A DNA stretch of 64,000 nt from Paramecium tetraurelia. Its lineage: Eukaryota. Numbering within the stretch: the stretch's first letter is position 1; each line of letters opens with the position of its first letter. Made by a program: the position numbers and the translations under genes. The notes under the pieces are model-generated. The model was not told the origin of the DNA, did not search any database, and saw only the letters and a program-made list of their open reading frames with translations. The stretch is taken from NCBI GenBank assembly GCA_000165425.1, contig CT868651.1:248001-312000 (forward strand), read 5' to 3'. Shown one piece after another: positions 39,632 through 53,425 of this stretch.

Positions 39632-42600
39632 ATGGAATAATTTCATAATTAAATAGATGATACTCAGTCTTAGCAATATTTTTAAGAGTAAACTAAGTCA
39701 AATGTGTCACTCCGTCTAATTATCAACTATATTTTTGCAGATATAGCAAAAAGACCTAGGTCTTTCAAAATAGGATTATTTACAACATACATAGTCATCA
39801 CCTTCTTGGGGCTTCTTTAATGTGTGGTTTAATTGAGTCCACTCATTTTTCTTTAACTAGATGAGTCGGCAACTGGCGATACAGATCTTTTATACCTGCC
39901 TATGGCTGCTGAAAACACAAGCAACTACAGATTAATTAACATGACAGATCTACACCAAGTATCACTATTTACTATTAAAGCACACAAGCCAAGTCTCAGA
40001 GTTTCTAGATGTATCTCCAAGGTGGATGTTTATGTGTAATCTAGGGAAGATAGGTGTTGAATAGCAATTTAGAGCATATTTTCTGATTCTCGATTCTTAA
40101 CTTGAATAGAGCATTGGAATTGGAAGACGAACAGATGTTGACATAATAAATAACAATGAAGTGTATGTATCTGAAACTGGCCTAAGAGGGTTAAATGCGA
40201 GTAAGGGAGATCAGATTTATTTGAATTTTAATATCGTATAATTACTGAAAAACTTTGGAGTTGAGAGTGAAAGCAATGAAGTTACTCAATAATTGCGATA
40301 GCCTTTTAAGAATGCTGTGAATAAATAATTGGCCATGTTTATTAAGGAAGATAACTTTCAGGATAAGCAATACAATATTGCAGAGCTTGCAAAATACTCT
40401 TAATCTTATCTGAATTATGTGAAGGGAATTGAAGCCACAAGCCTAACCAAGACCTTAGCAAAAGAATACTTCAGATAGAATGTTCGCTCATCGGAGAATT
40501 ATACGGATGAATAGAGGGAATTTGCATACCAAGTCATTGACGTAATGTTTGAAAGAAACATGACAAGGGATGCTCAGGCGATTAACAACTTTGTAAATAG
40601 GGTTTCTAAGTTCACAACTTTTATCACTATTTCTTAATTCGAAGATGGATTGTTTGATTTGCTTATACAAATTAACGAATTCAATATCAATGCTTAAGTC
40701 CATGGGGGTGTTGAATCTCCAAAAGGCAAATGGACAGATGCTTTGGGGATGATGGTTTTTATGGATTATAAAAATGCAACAGAGATTTTCTTAGAATCAT
40801 TTTTTAACAAATTGGATCAAGTGATCACTGATAATAAAAAAAATAACTAAGGAATGCCTGGAGCCATATCTGAATTAATTCCAGTTAATGACACTTAAAA
40901 ATGGGCCAAAGATGCAACTACGGATTTTAAATTGCAAGAATATTCGCTAATGGCTAATCTATTATTTAAGAACAGAGGGGAGAAATATGAAACTCCAAGG
41001 ATAGCCAAGGATATTATCATATAAACAACAAATGAGTTCTTTACTGAGGCAGGATACAATTATCCAGTTTAAATCACAGCACCTTTAGGATTTACTATTG
41101 GATTGTATCATTTAATGAAGAACTTTATTGAAAATTTATTGGGAGTTGCAACCATGATTCTCTTAATGTTATCAGTCCTATTGATTTATTCTTTGATGAT
41201 TGGAGATATAGAGGAGAAAACCTATGAGTTCGGTATGCTTAGAGCACTAGGATTTAAAAAGTCATGGTTAATAGTCCTGTTGATGTTATAGGCATTAACA
41301 TTTGCAAGTTAGTATAATTATCATTTATAATAGTACCTGGATTGTTTCTGGGGTTGGTCTCTTGTTATTTGATGAATTGTTTAATCAGTATGTATGTCTT
41401 CGATATGTCACTTCTACTTACGACTTATTCCATCCCTTCTTCAGCTTTGGCTTTTTAGATAAGTTTAGGGATAACAATGCCAATCATTAGTAATATCTTG
41501 CCAATCAAAAAGGCATTATCGAAAGCTCTTAGGGATAGTTTAGACCTGTTCCATAGAGTGGTGAATGATATTTTAGTTACTGTGGTTAAGCTCGAGATGA
41601 TGGGGATATCTACCAATTAAACAGTGTGTTCAATAATATTGATCGGCATGGGATTTATTAGTTATTATGTGATTCCCATGAATATAATATTTCAAAATAT
41701 CAGAGGAGCCATAGTAGTAATTAATGTCATCTTCATTACAATGGTGATAGGAGTGACTGTATTAATGAATTTGAGTGAGCAATGGTTGGAAAGATAAGTA
41801 TTGAAGATAATTTTGTTTATCAAATAGTCGGATAAGAATTTATAGATGATCATTCTGAATAATCTTAAGGGTCACGGAAGTAGAAACTTTAAGACTACAT
41901 TAATGTATTCATTGGGATTGGCATTTATCATATTCACCGGAGCTCAATTCACCTTATAAGCAGAGTTCCTGGATGACTTCATAAAAACAAGTCTCACCTC
42001 CGATATCATAGTTTTTGATGCCTCCATCTAGAGATTAGGTTTAGATGAATACAAATTCAGAAAACATCTGGAATGGGAGAAAACCAATGATCCTACATTC
42101 ATCCAGGATTACACATTTAGCGCATTGCCCTTAAATGAGATTCCAGGGATACCTAGGTTTTTTTAGATATCTCCCTTGGCTCACTTTCCCAGAAGAAGAA
42201 TTCGATTGCTTGCTATCGAAGAAAACTACTTGGAGGTTATCAATTATAAGTATTATTATCCAACAGAATATGATTCTACACAAAAATCAGTGTAATATCT
42301 ACCAAATGGTGTTAGGGATGGTGTTAAGGATCTCTATAATGATGAAGGTAAATTGAACATTGCAAAGACCTCTGATGTCTATGGAATAGCCACCAACAAT
42401 CATGCGTAAAGTAATTATAAGGCAATGCTGAAGAAGTTTAACAATGTTACAAAGGAGGAAGAAGAGGTTGACAAGGAAATTAATGTGATAATACCAGAGG
42501 GGTATAGATATGAAGATGGTGTGGATGTTGATACACCTGCTCTGTTAAGAATTTCATTCAGAGATAGAGGCAGGGCTATAGAAAGGAGACTAAAAATTAA

Positions 42601-43387
42601 GCATATGGCTATTAAAATACCCAATAATAATTTCAGTGGTTACAGGACAGTGGCCTTGTTTGGTGAGGGATTAATTACTATGAAGGATGCCTAAATGCTA
42701 ATTAATGAAATTTTGAATAGCAGAATAGAAGAGAATAAGTTCAACTACTAAAGAGCACATCAATATTTTTAGAAATTGCCTAAAAATCTTACCTACGGGC
42801 TACCAAAAGATAGTCTGTTAATCAAGTTTAAGAGAGATACTACCAAAGAAGAACGAATTGACTTTAGTAACAGATTAAGAAATTACTTCACTAATGATCA
42901 GATCTATTTGTTTGATTCCATCACCATGACAGAGACTTCATAAGATTTCTTTAAATATTTGGAATTGTTCAATATTGTCGTAGCTGCCATAGCCCTCATT
43001 CTATCCTTCTTCTTGTTATTGGTATCCTTCATTGGCAATGTTAGAAATACTTCATGGGAAATTGGAATCCTAAGAGCAGTAGGCTTAAATGAGGTAATTC
43101 TCTGTGTAATTTTGTAGGTTTAAATCTCCAAAGTCTTTGTTTATGAATCCATCACACTGATTACGGCATCTGGACTAATAGGAACTATCATTGGATTAGT
43201 AATAGCTACTACCTTTACACTCCAAATAGTTGCATTCTCAGAGTTTAAATTCAAATTTTCATTTCCCATCTTAACTTTTTTAACCACTTTTCTAGGAGGA
43301 ATCTTTATTTCAATTTATGCCAGCTACTTAGCAGTTAGAAGTTTCAAATTCAAATCAATAGCTTCAACTTTAAAGGGACAATCATGA
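39632..43387 (+). CDS. FtsX/MacB-type (type VII ABC) permease, duplicated halves, ~1200 aa
   Basis: Two FtsX coupling-helix motifs (EEKTYEFGMLRALGFKK; RNTSWEIGILRAVGLNE), each preceded by a large extracytoplasmic loop and followed by TM helices; no nucleotide-binding domain; three introns. Confidence 0.85.
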
Positions 43388-43624
43388 AATTATATATTTT
43401 AGTCTTCATTCAAATTCATTCTGAATCCATGTCATCCAATATATTTAATTATAATTAATCTTATGTTATCTCTCCACATTTTATCCTTATTCTATTTCTA
43501 TTATTACGATATTATCAATCAACTGTAAATTCAAATTTGGAAGGATGACTACTATTCAATGATGCAAAAATATTAAATATTTAACACAAATTAATGTATA
43601 ATGTTTAATGTACAATTTCTTTTA

Positions 43625-44010
43625 TCAATCAAATAGGCCACCCATATCGACATCCTCTTCTGGTTCTGGAGCCTTTTCAACTGGCTTCTCTTCAGCCTTT
43701 TTAACTGCTTATGCTTATGCAGCAACTGGTGCTGATGCTTTGGATGCTAAACACTATTAATATCTCTTCATTACATCCTCCGCCCAATGAAAGGGTACCT
43801 ACTTTCTTCAATCCTTCTGTTATCACTTCTTGTAATGACTTTCCTTTCAAACTTTCCACTAATGACTTGATTTCTGCATCTGATCCTGTAACACCAACTT
43901 CAGCCAATAATCCTTTTACGTCAGCCTCGCCTAAGAGTTTTACTAATTATTATACTAGGATTTGCTTTTCCACCTAAAGTCAATAAAGCATATGCAGCAA
44001 CGTATTACAT
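43625..44010 (-). CDS. RPLP2: 60S acidic ribosomal protein P2
   Basis: MQYVAAYALLTLGG, LKGKSLQEVITEG, an Ala-rich hinge and the EEDVDMGGLFD C-terminus; two introns. Confidence 0.97.
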
Positions 44011-44621
44011 TGAATTTTATTTAAAAATTTAATTTAAATCACAGAAAATTTAATAAACTCTAACTTTTTAATTAAAAAAAACATTGAATTAATATCCTTT
44101 ATTATCCAAATCAAAATTGAGTGAATCCAATAAACGAGTAATTCCCTTTTGATTCCTTCATGCATCAAAAATTAAATAATTATTCCATTATATTGTTATT
44201 ATTATAAATATATCCTTTTAATAACTGCTTATAGAGGCATGAAAAAAGATAATTTTCTAACTCATTTAGATGAATTACATGCATCCTATAAATTTTGATA
44301 TTATAATTATTAATAATTATATAACATAAGTTTATTTTTATAGGTAATTTGTTAAAATATTGGAACAAAAATTTTATTTCAATATGTAATGAAATTTAAT
44401 GATGTTTTTGTTAAATCTTTTTTTTATCCTAATTGATTTTAAATATCTTAAAGCATTATTTTTAATATGGACCAGTATTTTGAACATTTATATTAACTTT
44501 AAGAATTCTTCTAGTATAGCAAAGAGCACTCCAAAAACAGCATTTTATGACAGAATTCGAAAGGTAGACTATAGAACTAGGTTTAGATTTATTAGATAAA
44601 TTAACAAAAATTATATAATTT

Positions 44622-45360
44622 ATGGGAATTTTGAATAATAGATGTGTGGACGTGTGTAGGAGCAAGGAATATAATACTAATTCTGAATTGCAAGTGATTT
44701 AAAATAAATAGATTCCCTAAAGAAACTTTCAATTAACAAATGAATAATGTACTTAAAGGACAACCCAAAAAGGAACAATCCTCCAATAAGATCCAGATTA
44801 ATCGATGGAAATAAAGGAGGAAGATTAATCTAGTAATCTTTAAAACAATCCAGTACCAGCATTTGTTTCTAACAAATAATTGCATTAATTCATTGTTCCA
44901 AGGAGGGAAAACCGATTTATTTCAGATATAGAAAATGAAGTCAAAGAAAAAATAAAGAAAATGTACATATTCCTATAGAAGTTTTAGATAATATTAGGAA
45001 AAATTTGAGGCTCTATAAATGCACTATTCCAAATTAAATCTTTAATAATATCCATAAAAATTCCATCAGTGTTCCTCCAATGTTCCAAATTAAAATGAAT
45101 AAATTAGTAATTTGAATTGTTTCTAAAGTTCAAGTTTAGTGATTGAAAAACTATAAAGCACACAAGTAGAATGTATAAGTGGGCCAAAAAATGAGAGAAG
45201 AGGAATATTGAAAAGTAATTCACCAAAAAAATAATCAAAGTCTTTTGATACAAATTCTGTAAATTCTAACAAAAGAGTTCGTTTCTCTGGGGATACAAAA
45301 TTCACCTCAGAAGATGCTATATAACAATTTTAATGGAGAAAATTAAGAATTGAATAGTGA
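44622..45360 (+). CDS. Hypothetical disordered protein with PP1-docking-like motifs
   Basis: MG start, one 25-nt intron, GILK (45202-45213) and KRVRF (45271-45285); ends TAG-TGA. Confidence 0.65.
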
Positions 45361-45634
45361 GTTATTAAATTTATTCTCAATAGTATAATCATATTCATAT
45401 TATTCGAGTGACAAACTCTTTTAGGATAAAATAGAAACCTAATCCTTGTTTTTAGGTAATTAGATTAAGGTTTAGATGTATATTTACGAAATAGTCATTT
45501 TGGATTGATGAAGGATCTAGAGTGATTAAGAAAACACAAATGATTTTAATTAGAATTTATCAGTAATATAGAAAGAATTGATTAATATTGCTTTCAAGGA
45601 TTTCTAGAAATAAATATCTTTAACTTTTATTTAA

Positions 45635-48600
45635 ATGCAATAATCGGATACAAAGTTTGACGAAAATTTATACTCAAGACAAGTGGCGGTATTGGGAGCT
45701 GAAACTTAATCAAAATTGATCTAAATGAGATGTTTCATTTATGGTTTGAGAGGGGTATGTAGATATTTTATGGCAAGTTGGGATTGGAGATTGCAAAGAA
45801 TTTGATATTGGCTGGACCAAAGTCTGTAACGTTATACGATCCAACAGTGTTGTCCATTTCAGATTTGGGCTCAAATTTTTATGCTACACATGACTAAGTT
45901 GGAAAGGTCACAAGATAGGATGCAGCAATCAAATCTTTGAAAGAATTAAACCCATACGTGAGTGTAGAAATATACAATGGATAATTCAATGGGGCCAGTT
46001 TGAGTGAATTTTCAGTTGTGGTTCTGACTGATGTTTGGGATTAGAAATTCATCACAGAAGTAAATGAGGCAGTCAGACAAAAAGGACACGGATTCATCTT
46101 GGCCCATTCCTCAGGATTGTTTGGATCTGCTTTCGTTGATTTCTCAGATGTAAATATTTGTATGGATTATTATAGAAATTTTAAATTTTTGATCCCAATG
46201 GTGAAGAACCAAGATAGGCAATTGTGGCTGGAATAACAAATGAAGTGGATGGAATAGTGAGTACAATTGAAGATAAGAGACATGGATTTCAGGATGGAGA
46301 CAGTGTCACATTCAGAGAAGTGGTTGGAATGAGTGAGGTGAATGAGAAGATATTTAAGATAAAGGTATGATTTTTATGTTAATTTGAAAAGGTGAAATCA
46401 CCATATATGTTCAGTATTGGAGACACAACAAAGTTCTCATAATATTTGAGAGAAGGAATTGCAGTGCAAGTGAAGGTTCCTGAAGATTTCGAATTCAAGT
46501 CATTCAATGCTTCATTGACTCACCCATTCGCACCAGGCAAGAATGAATTGGATTTGATGGATTGGGAAAAGATTGGAAGACCAGAACAATTACATATTTC
46601 ATACAATGCATTATTACAATTCACACAAAAGAATGGCAGATTGCCAGGATTATTGAACCAAGAGGATGCCTAGTAAGTGTGGGAATTAGCATAATAAATA
46701 AATAACTCAGACAGAGGAGAAGGAGCATTGAAAGCAGAATTGGATGAAAAATTGGTAAAGAATACAGCATTGTTCTTCTCAGCCTAAATAACTCCATTGA
46801 CTTCATTTTGGGGTGGCATTGTGGCTCAAGAAGTAGTCAAATACACAGGTAAATTCACCCCAATCAGATAATGGTTGCACAGTGAATTCTTTGAAGCCCT
46901 ACCAGAGACAGAAGTTAACAGAACTTTGTAGAATAGTCAATATGATGATTACATTGCAATCTTCGGAAGAGAAGCATTATAACAATTATAGAACTCAAAG
47001 ATATTCATGGTGGGAGCAGGTGCTTTAGGTTGTGAATACATCAAGATGTTTGCACTTATGGGATGTGGAAGCAGTGGTTAAGGTTTGGTGACTGTTACTG
47101 ATGATGACAACATTGAGGTTTCCAATTTGAATAGACAATTCTTATTCAGAAAGAATAATGTTGGATCCAACAAAGCAGCTACTGCATGCAAAGTAGGTGA
47201 ACAAATGAATAAGACTTCTAAATTCAAATCTTATGCTCTAAGAGTAGGTAAATAAAATGAACCAATCTTCAATGATCAATTCTGGGATGGATTAGACATG
47301 GCTATCAATGCTGTTGATAATGTTCATGCTAGAAGATATATTGATTCCCAATGTTGTTATTATGGTAAGCCATTATTCGAAAGTGGAACCCTTGGTACTA
47401 AATGCAATTCCTAATTGATCCTTCCAAATCAAACACAATCTTACAGTGAATCATAGGATCCTCCTGAGGAATCTATTCCTTTATGCACTTTGAAGAACTT
47501 CCCCTATTAAATCGAGCATACTATTTAATGGGCCAGAGATTACTTTGCAGGATTCTTTGAAGATGGATCTCAAGATTGTATCAAATATCTTGAGAACCCA
47601 GGAAACTACATCAAGAGAATTTTGACTGAACTTAAATCTCAACCAGGTGTGTTAAGACCAAAATTAGAATCAGTCAAGAAGTTTGCTGAAGTTGCTGCAA
47701 AACCTTCTTTACATGCAATCGTTTCTTTAGCTAAAAATATGTTCTAAGACATCTTCTGCAATTAAATCAAACAATTACTCTACTGTTTCCCCCCTGATCA
47801 CAGAACCTCAGAAGGATAATTGTTTTGGACCAATCCCAAAAGACCACCCACTCCTATTGAATTCGATCAAAACGACCCTCTTCATCAACTTTTCATCCAT
47901 AGTGCTGTCAACATATTCTCATAAATATATGGTCTACCCAAATAAGACAAATTCGATGAGATAGCCAAACTCTTACCAACAATCCAAGTCGAGAAGTATG
48001 TTCCAAAGTAAGTGCAAATCAAGGAAAATGAGAAAGACACAAAGGAAGAGAAATCTGAGGATGATGAGACTTAAATTTAACTCTTGGCTCAAGAATTAGA
48101 AAAGTTGACTCTTGGAAATAAGGAAGCCTCTAAGTAATTGCAAGAATGTGCTTTTGAAAAGGATGATCCAACTAATTGGCATATTGAATTCTTATCAGCT
48201 GTTTCCAACCTCAGAGCTAGAAACTATAAGATCCCAGAAGTGCAACCATTCCAAGTTAAGTTAATTGCAGGCAAGATCATTCCTGCCTTAGCTACAACAA
48301 CAGCTATGATCGTGGGAGCAGTGGGACTTGAAATCTTCAAGTATATCCTTAAGAAGGATGTTGCCAAAATGAGAAATGCCTTCATCAATTTGGCCTTACC
48401 TCTCTTCCTATTCTCAGAGCCTTTGCCACCTGGAGAACATCTTGACTAAGAATACAACGTCCTCTTATTGGGTCCAACCAAGGCAATCCCAGCAAGTAAT
48501 TATTTAAATAGATTTGTTTTTAGAATGGACAGCTTGGGACAGAATCAGTATCACTTAATAGATGACTCTCGGATAATTCATAGAGTACTTCAATCAAAAG

Positions 48601-48863
48601 TATGGTGTGAGAGTTTCCTCCATAACCGTCGATTAATATATGGTCTATAGCAACTACCCCTTGCCATCACAAGAGACGTAAGTTCACTCATTAATTCTTT
48701 TAGTTTGGATAAGGATTTGGGAAAGTTGTATGCTGAAAGGACAAACCAACTTCTTCCTGCTCACAAGATTTACCTAGATTTAACCGTTGGTGGAGAGTTG
48801 GATGTAAATGGGGTTGAAGTTAATGCCGATGTTGCCCCTGTTAAATATCAATATAAAAAATGA
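45635..48863 (+). CDS. UBA1: Ubiquitin-activating enzyme E1
   Basis: [24 protein letters not shown], catalytic [32 protein letters not shown]; five introns. Confidence 0.97.
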
Positions 48864-48904
48864 GTTATTCAATAAATAATAAAATTAATATTTAACAGAC
48901 ATTT

Positions 48905-49681
48905 ATGAAAACTACCTCCGCATCCAAACAAGCTAACAAAACCAATGCACTCAGGAAGTCTGCTGAGAATCTACCTCCCTTTGCACCCTCAACCGAAAAA
49001 GATAAGGAAACCTCCAAGTTGGCTCATCTTGAAAGTAAAGGCACACAATAATAGTAGTTAACTTAAACAGAGTATGTCTATAATAAGACGCCTTGATGCC
49101 GTTATTATAAATGATTGAGTACATCCCAGCCATCCAAAGAACTGACAGTGTAGTTAAAGGCTTGATGAGAAAAATTGAAGAAAATGAATCAAAGATTTTG
49201 AAATCAGAAAAGCTACTTGAATCAAAAATTAAAAATCCAGATGGAAATCAAGACAAAGACTCCAAAAAATAACAAAAGTAACTTTAGGAACTCTAAGGCA
49301 AAGTCAAGGATATGGAATAACAAATGAATAATTTATAGAGGTATTATGATGTTTACTATTGTTAGGTGGTACGAAGCCAAATTAAAAGAAGAAAATCAAG
49401 CATTGTAAAGAAATCTTGAACACAAAATAGAGAAATCTAAAACTGAAACTCAAAAATCTGTTGGATCAGAAAAGAGAGTCAGCACTGAACAATCCAAAAC
49501 TCACAGTAAACAGGCCTCTTAAGTTCAATCCCAACAACCCTAAGAATCCCAATAATAATATCAATATAATGTACTACAAGCTGTTGAATAAATGGTGACT
49601 GCATCCCTCAATCAAGTTAGAAATTAAATCCAGTAAGAAATAGATGAGTTAAGAGAACATGTTATAGCTTCTAAATAATGA
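48905..49681 (+). CDS. Hypothetical coiled-coil protein
   Basis: ATG-to-TGA code-6 frame with 23-nt and 25-nt introns; K/E/Q-rich heptads. Confidence 0.65.
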
Positions 49682-49713
49682 TACTTATTATCAGATATAT
49701 ATATATATTTATA

Positions 49714-51971
49714 TCATTATGGCTCTTATTTTATTATTCCTGAACCCTCTCCAGGCTTCTTCATGTTTTGTTGCTATCCTTAGTAAAGTCCCATCAATGG
49801 ATTAAAATTTGGAAAACTGCCTAAGCCCATTTATTATTACAATTGCTACTACAAGTACTATTATTACAAGCTCATTCCAGCTCCTAATTATTAAGGCAAG
49901 GCAGATTAAAGTCCCAATTAGGAATTCAATTATTAGGCTAATAATTGTTGTTGTAGTTATTAAAAGTTCTAATTTTATCCCATCAAGGATTGAGGATTCA
50001 ATTATCCTTAAGGCATTCCCATTCCACTCAAGCCCTACATATAATTTAATGGTTAAGATGGCATTGGATTGCCCATCATTCCTGCTTGAGGTGGGAAGGA
50101 TTGTTAATTGAGTTATTATTACTATTACAACAGTAGTAATTGTTGGAGCTGATAATATTGCATGACTTATTGCAAGGCATTTGAATCAGGTTATTAGAAT
50201 TAGTAAGGGAATGCGGGATTCATGTGTTAAGGAGCTCCTTATAGTCCTTAGGCAGGTATGTTGATGGGTTGGATTCCAGGGAGATGACTAGGTTTTTGAT
50301 AAGGTTGATGTTATATAGGTGGTGGTTATTGGGGTTATTGTGGTTGTGGGTGTTGTTGAAGTGGTTGAGGGGCAGTAAATGAAGAAGAAGGTTGCCCTAC
50401 TTATTTTTTGTTCTATAATTATGGATTCTATTGGATCTGATTGGGTGCTTAAGTAGTGATTGGTTTATTAATGACATCTGCTGGTTTGTTTTTAGGTGGT
50501 TATGGTTATTGTTAAATGGGTTTCTACTATTATTGATTGAGTGCTTGTTGGACACCAATTTCAATTGGTTATTAAGGTTGCAATTACACAGGTATCTATT
50601 CAGAGGGGATAATAGGTTTCTTGACTTCTTGAGTGGGTTTGTTCTGCTCTTCGTTTAGCTTGACCTTCTTCTATGGGAATTGAGACTCTGAGTCAGAGTA
50701 GTTGTCATCTGATTCATTTGAGTCACTCTCACAAAACTTCTATGTTAATTGTTTGAAAATCTTTAATAGCTGATCAAAGCATTATTTATAATTTTCTAAG
50801 ATTTCTGCAGAGTCTCCCAATTTAACAAATTTGGATGGGATTTAATCTTCTTTCCTGACGATTTCCAAACAGCCAGTATTGAGAAAATCAATGGCTTCAG
50901 TCACCTTTTTGTTTTTATTTTGATCATTATTTTCTTCTATCAACAAATAAAATTGTTTCTCACCAGCTGTACTCAACTATTTAGTAATAATATCTTTGGT
51001 CAACTGGCTTTAGAGTTTCTCCATTATGGTTTTAACATTCCCCTCAACAGTCATAGGGTTATAGTAGAGAGACACACAAGTAGAAAATTTGATGATTAAA
51101 AATAGAGGATGTTTCACCTTGTGACGAATGTTGGGAGCAGTCAAGTAATTAAACAAACTCTCGAAGTCATTTTCTATTTCTACGTCTTGTTCGGTCTTCC
51201 TTTTGTTCTCTCTCTTGAAGTACTTTTTATCTAGCAAGTCAAAAGTGAAGGGTTCTGCATGTAAATATAGTTTCTTTTGTTCAGAATTGCCTGCACTCTT
51301 TCGACTGTCTACGAAGATAGGAGGAGAAATGGTGGAATTCAATATTTGAGGCTTTTCAGTATCAGAATTTTGAATGTACACACTCATTAATAAATGAAAT
51401 TTCACGCCTTCATTGTTATATGAGGTTGATGCAAATCTCAATGCCTACAATAAGATTTGCAAATTAATTTACTGAAAAATATGCTTGACCATCAATTAGT
51501 TCCAATTTACTTGTTCCTCTTAATCCGACATCTTGAAGTATGACTCGGGTACCTTCTTGCACTTTTTTAACAGCATACAATTGGGCATACAAATTTTTGG
51601 GAGAAAGCAAAAGTTCCTATGTTTGCGAATCTTTAATCTATTAATGTGAGAAGGTCATTACTTCTAATCTAACCACAATATTGGGCAAATTCCAGCTCTT
51701 ATGCCAATTCCAGCCTAATTCTTCGGAATATTTAAGTTGTTTCTCAGTGTCAATAACCAAAGTAACATATGGTTCAGGATAGGCCTAAAACAGTCTATTC
51801 ATATATTTACATCTCCCTCGGGGTGAGTCAAAACAATTGAAGGAGTTGTTTCTATTTATACTTTATTCGAATTGATTGTAATCTCTAGTGTTTGAGTAGC
51901 AGGTACCCAGTCCCATTTTGACGATTCTAGAACGATTTAAATTTACATGTACCTGTGTTTTGGTTAATCAT
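49714..51971 (-). CDS. Putative transcription factor: beta-rich (CudA/CBP60/STAT-like Ig-fold) N-domain + Q/P/N-rich tail
   Basis: LRGTSKLELIDGQAYFSALRFASTSYNNEGVKFHLLM...ISPPIFVDSRK, followed by ~300 aa of Gln/Pro/Asn-rich sequence; four introns. The gene model is solid; the function is inferred. Confidence 0.65.
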
Positions 51972-52513
51972 AGTAGGTGATTTAAAAACGATGTTATATT
52001 TAGAAAAAGATTTTATATAATGATTAAAAATGATTTATCGATTCTTAGATTTGTAATCCAATATAGTGTAATCTGAGCATAGTATACAAAGCTTAAATGA
52101 CGTAAAATCAAAATTTCATATGAATTAACATAAATGCTTTATCCACCAAACCAATTCGCAATCTAATCCTCAAATTCTATTAACCAACAAAAATCCTCCA
52201 CCCTTCTGGATTTAAGCTTACCAGTTGAAAATACGACCTTTTAAAATTATACACATTCGAACAAAAAAGGCAAGTAACAATGAGAGACCAGATAATCAAC
52301 TAAAATTCGATGTTTATGGTGAAAATAATTTTGTATTTCCTCGATTTTCTGGTATCAAAGAGATAGTGAAAATGGAGGAAGATCATTTTTAAATATAAAG
52401 AGATGTAAATAAAAAGTATTGTTAATTATTATTATAATAAATTGATGCATATATATTTATTCACATTAATTAATTAATATTCTAAGTATAATTATATATA
52501 TTAATATTTTTTA

Positions 52514-53332
52514 ATGATTCCTCCACCACCTCCACCTCCTCCCAAATAAGTTGAAAAAGAAGATGCTTTCAGGAAGAAACTGCTAGAAAAATTCGGAAAC
52601 TTCGAAGGGTCAACCACTGATGAAATCGAAAAAAAACTTAAAAAGTCAGAGGACATCGATGAAACCTGTTTTAGTGAAGCTGATGGAACTGGAGTTTTGG
52701 AAAATTAACCTCTGGATACTTCAAATTGTACACAATGCGAAAGATGTTAAAAATGGATAAAAAATGAGTCATATCAACATCATCTCATATGCCATTCTAC
52801 AAGAGTAACACTTTAATATCAATTCACTTAAGATTTTAGATTGGTTGTACTTGGGAGCAGCAATCAATTCAGAGAATGAAGTTGAACTCGATAAGAGGAC
52901 TAATGTCACCTACATTTTGAATGCTGCTGCAGAATGCTAAAATTATTATCCCCAAAAATATCAATATCTAAAATTACATCTCATGGATACTATTGGCGAA
53001 ACTATCCTAAATCACTTTGATGAAGCCTATGAGTTCTTAGGTAAACATTTAAAAATAATACCCCAGAAAAATGCAGAAAAGAAGGGAAATGCGCCTTAGT
53101 GCATTGTCAGTTGGGTAAATCGAGGAGTGCTACCATCGTGATTATGTATTTGATGAAACATCTCGGCATGAACCTAAGGGAAGCATTTAAATACACGAAA
53201 GAAAAACGCTACATTGTCAATCCCAACATCGGATTTATCAGGCAAATGATCTAGTTCGATGAGCAACTATATGGAAAGAGGTCAATCACAGCTCACGAGA
53301 TCAACCCGTTATGTAGTGTGGAGTTTGATTGA
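52514..53332 (+). CDS. Dual-specificity phosphatase with N-terminal poly-Pro and zinc-finger-like motif
   Basis: ILDWLYLG, LMD, VHCQLGKSRS, VNPNIGFIRQM; N-terminal P8 tract and CERC-x11-H-x3-H; two introns. Confidence 0.92.
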
Positions 53333-53425
53333 TGACAAATACAATCCTCTGTATTCTATAAAGAATAAGAAATATAAATCAATTTGCATATAACTAATCT
53401 TATGAATATTAAAACAATTATTAAC

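Noticed and set aside
49696..49708. Short (AT)n run between convergent genes
   Set aside because: Too short to be meaningful in such an AT-rich spacer.
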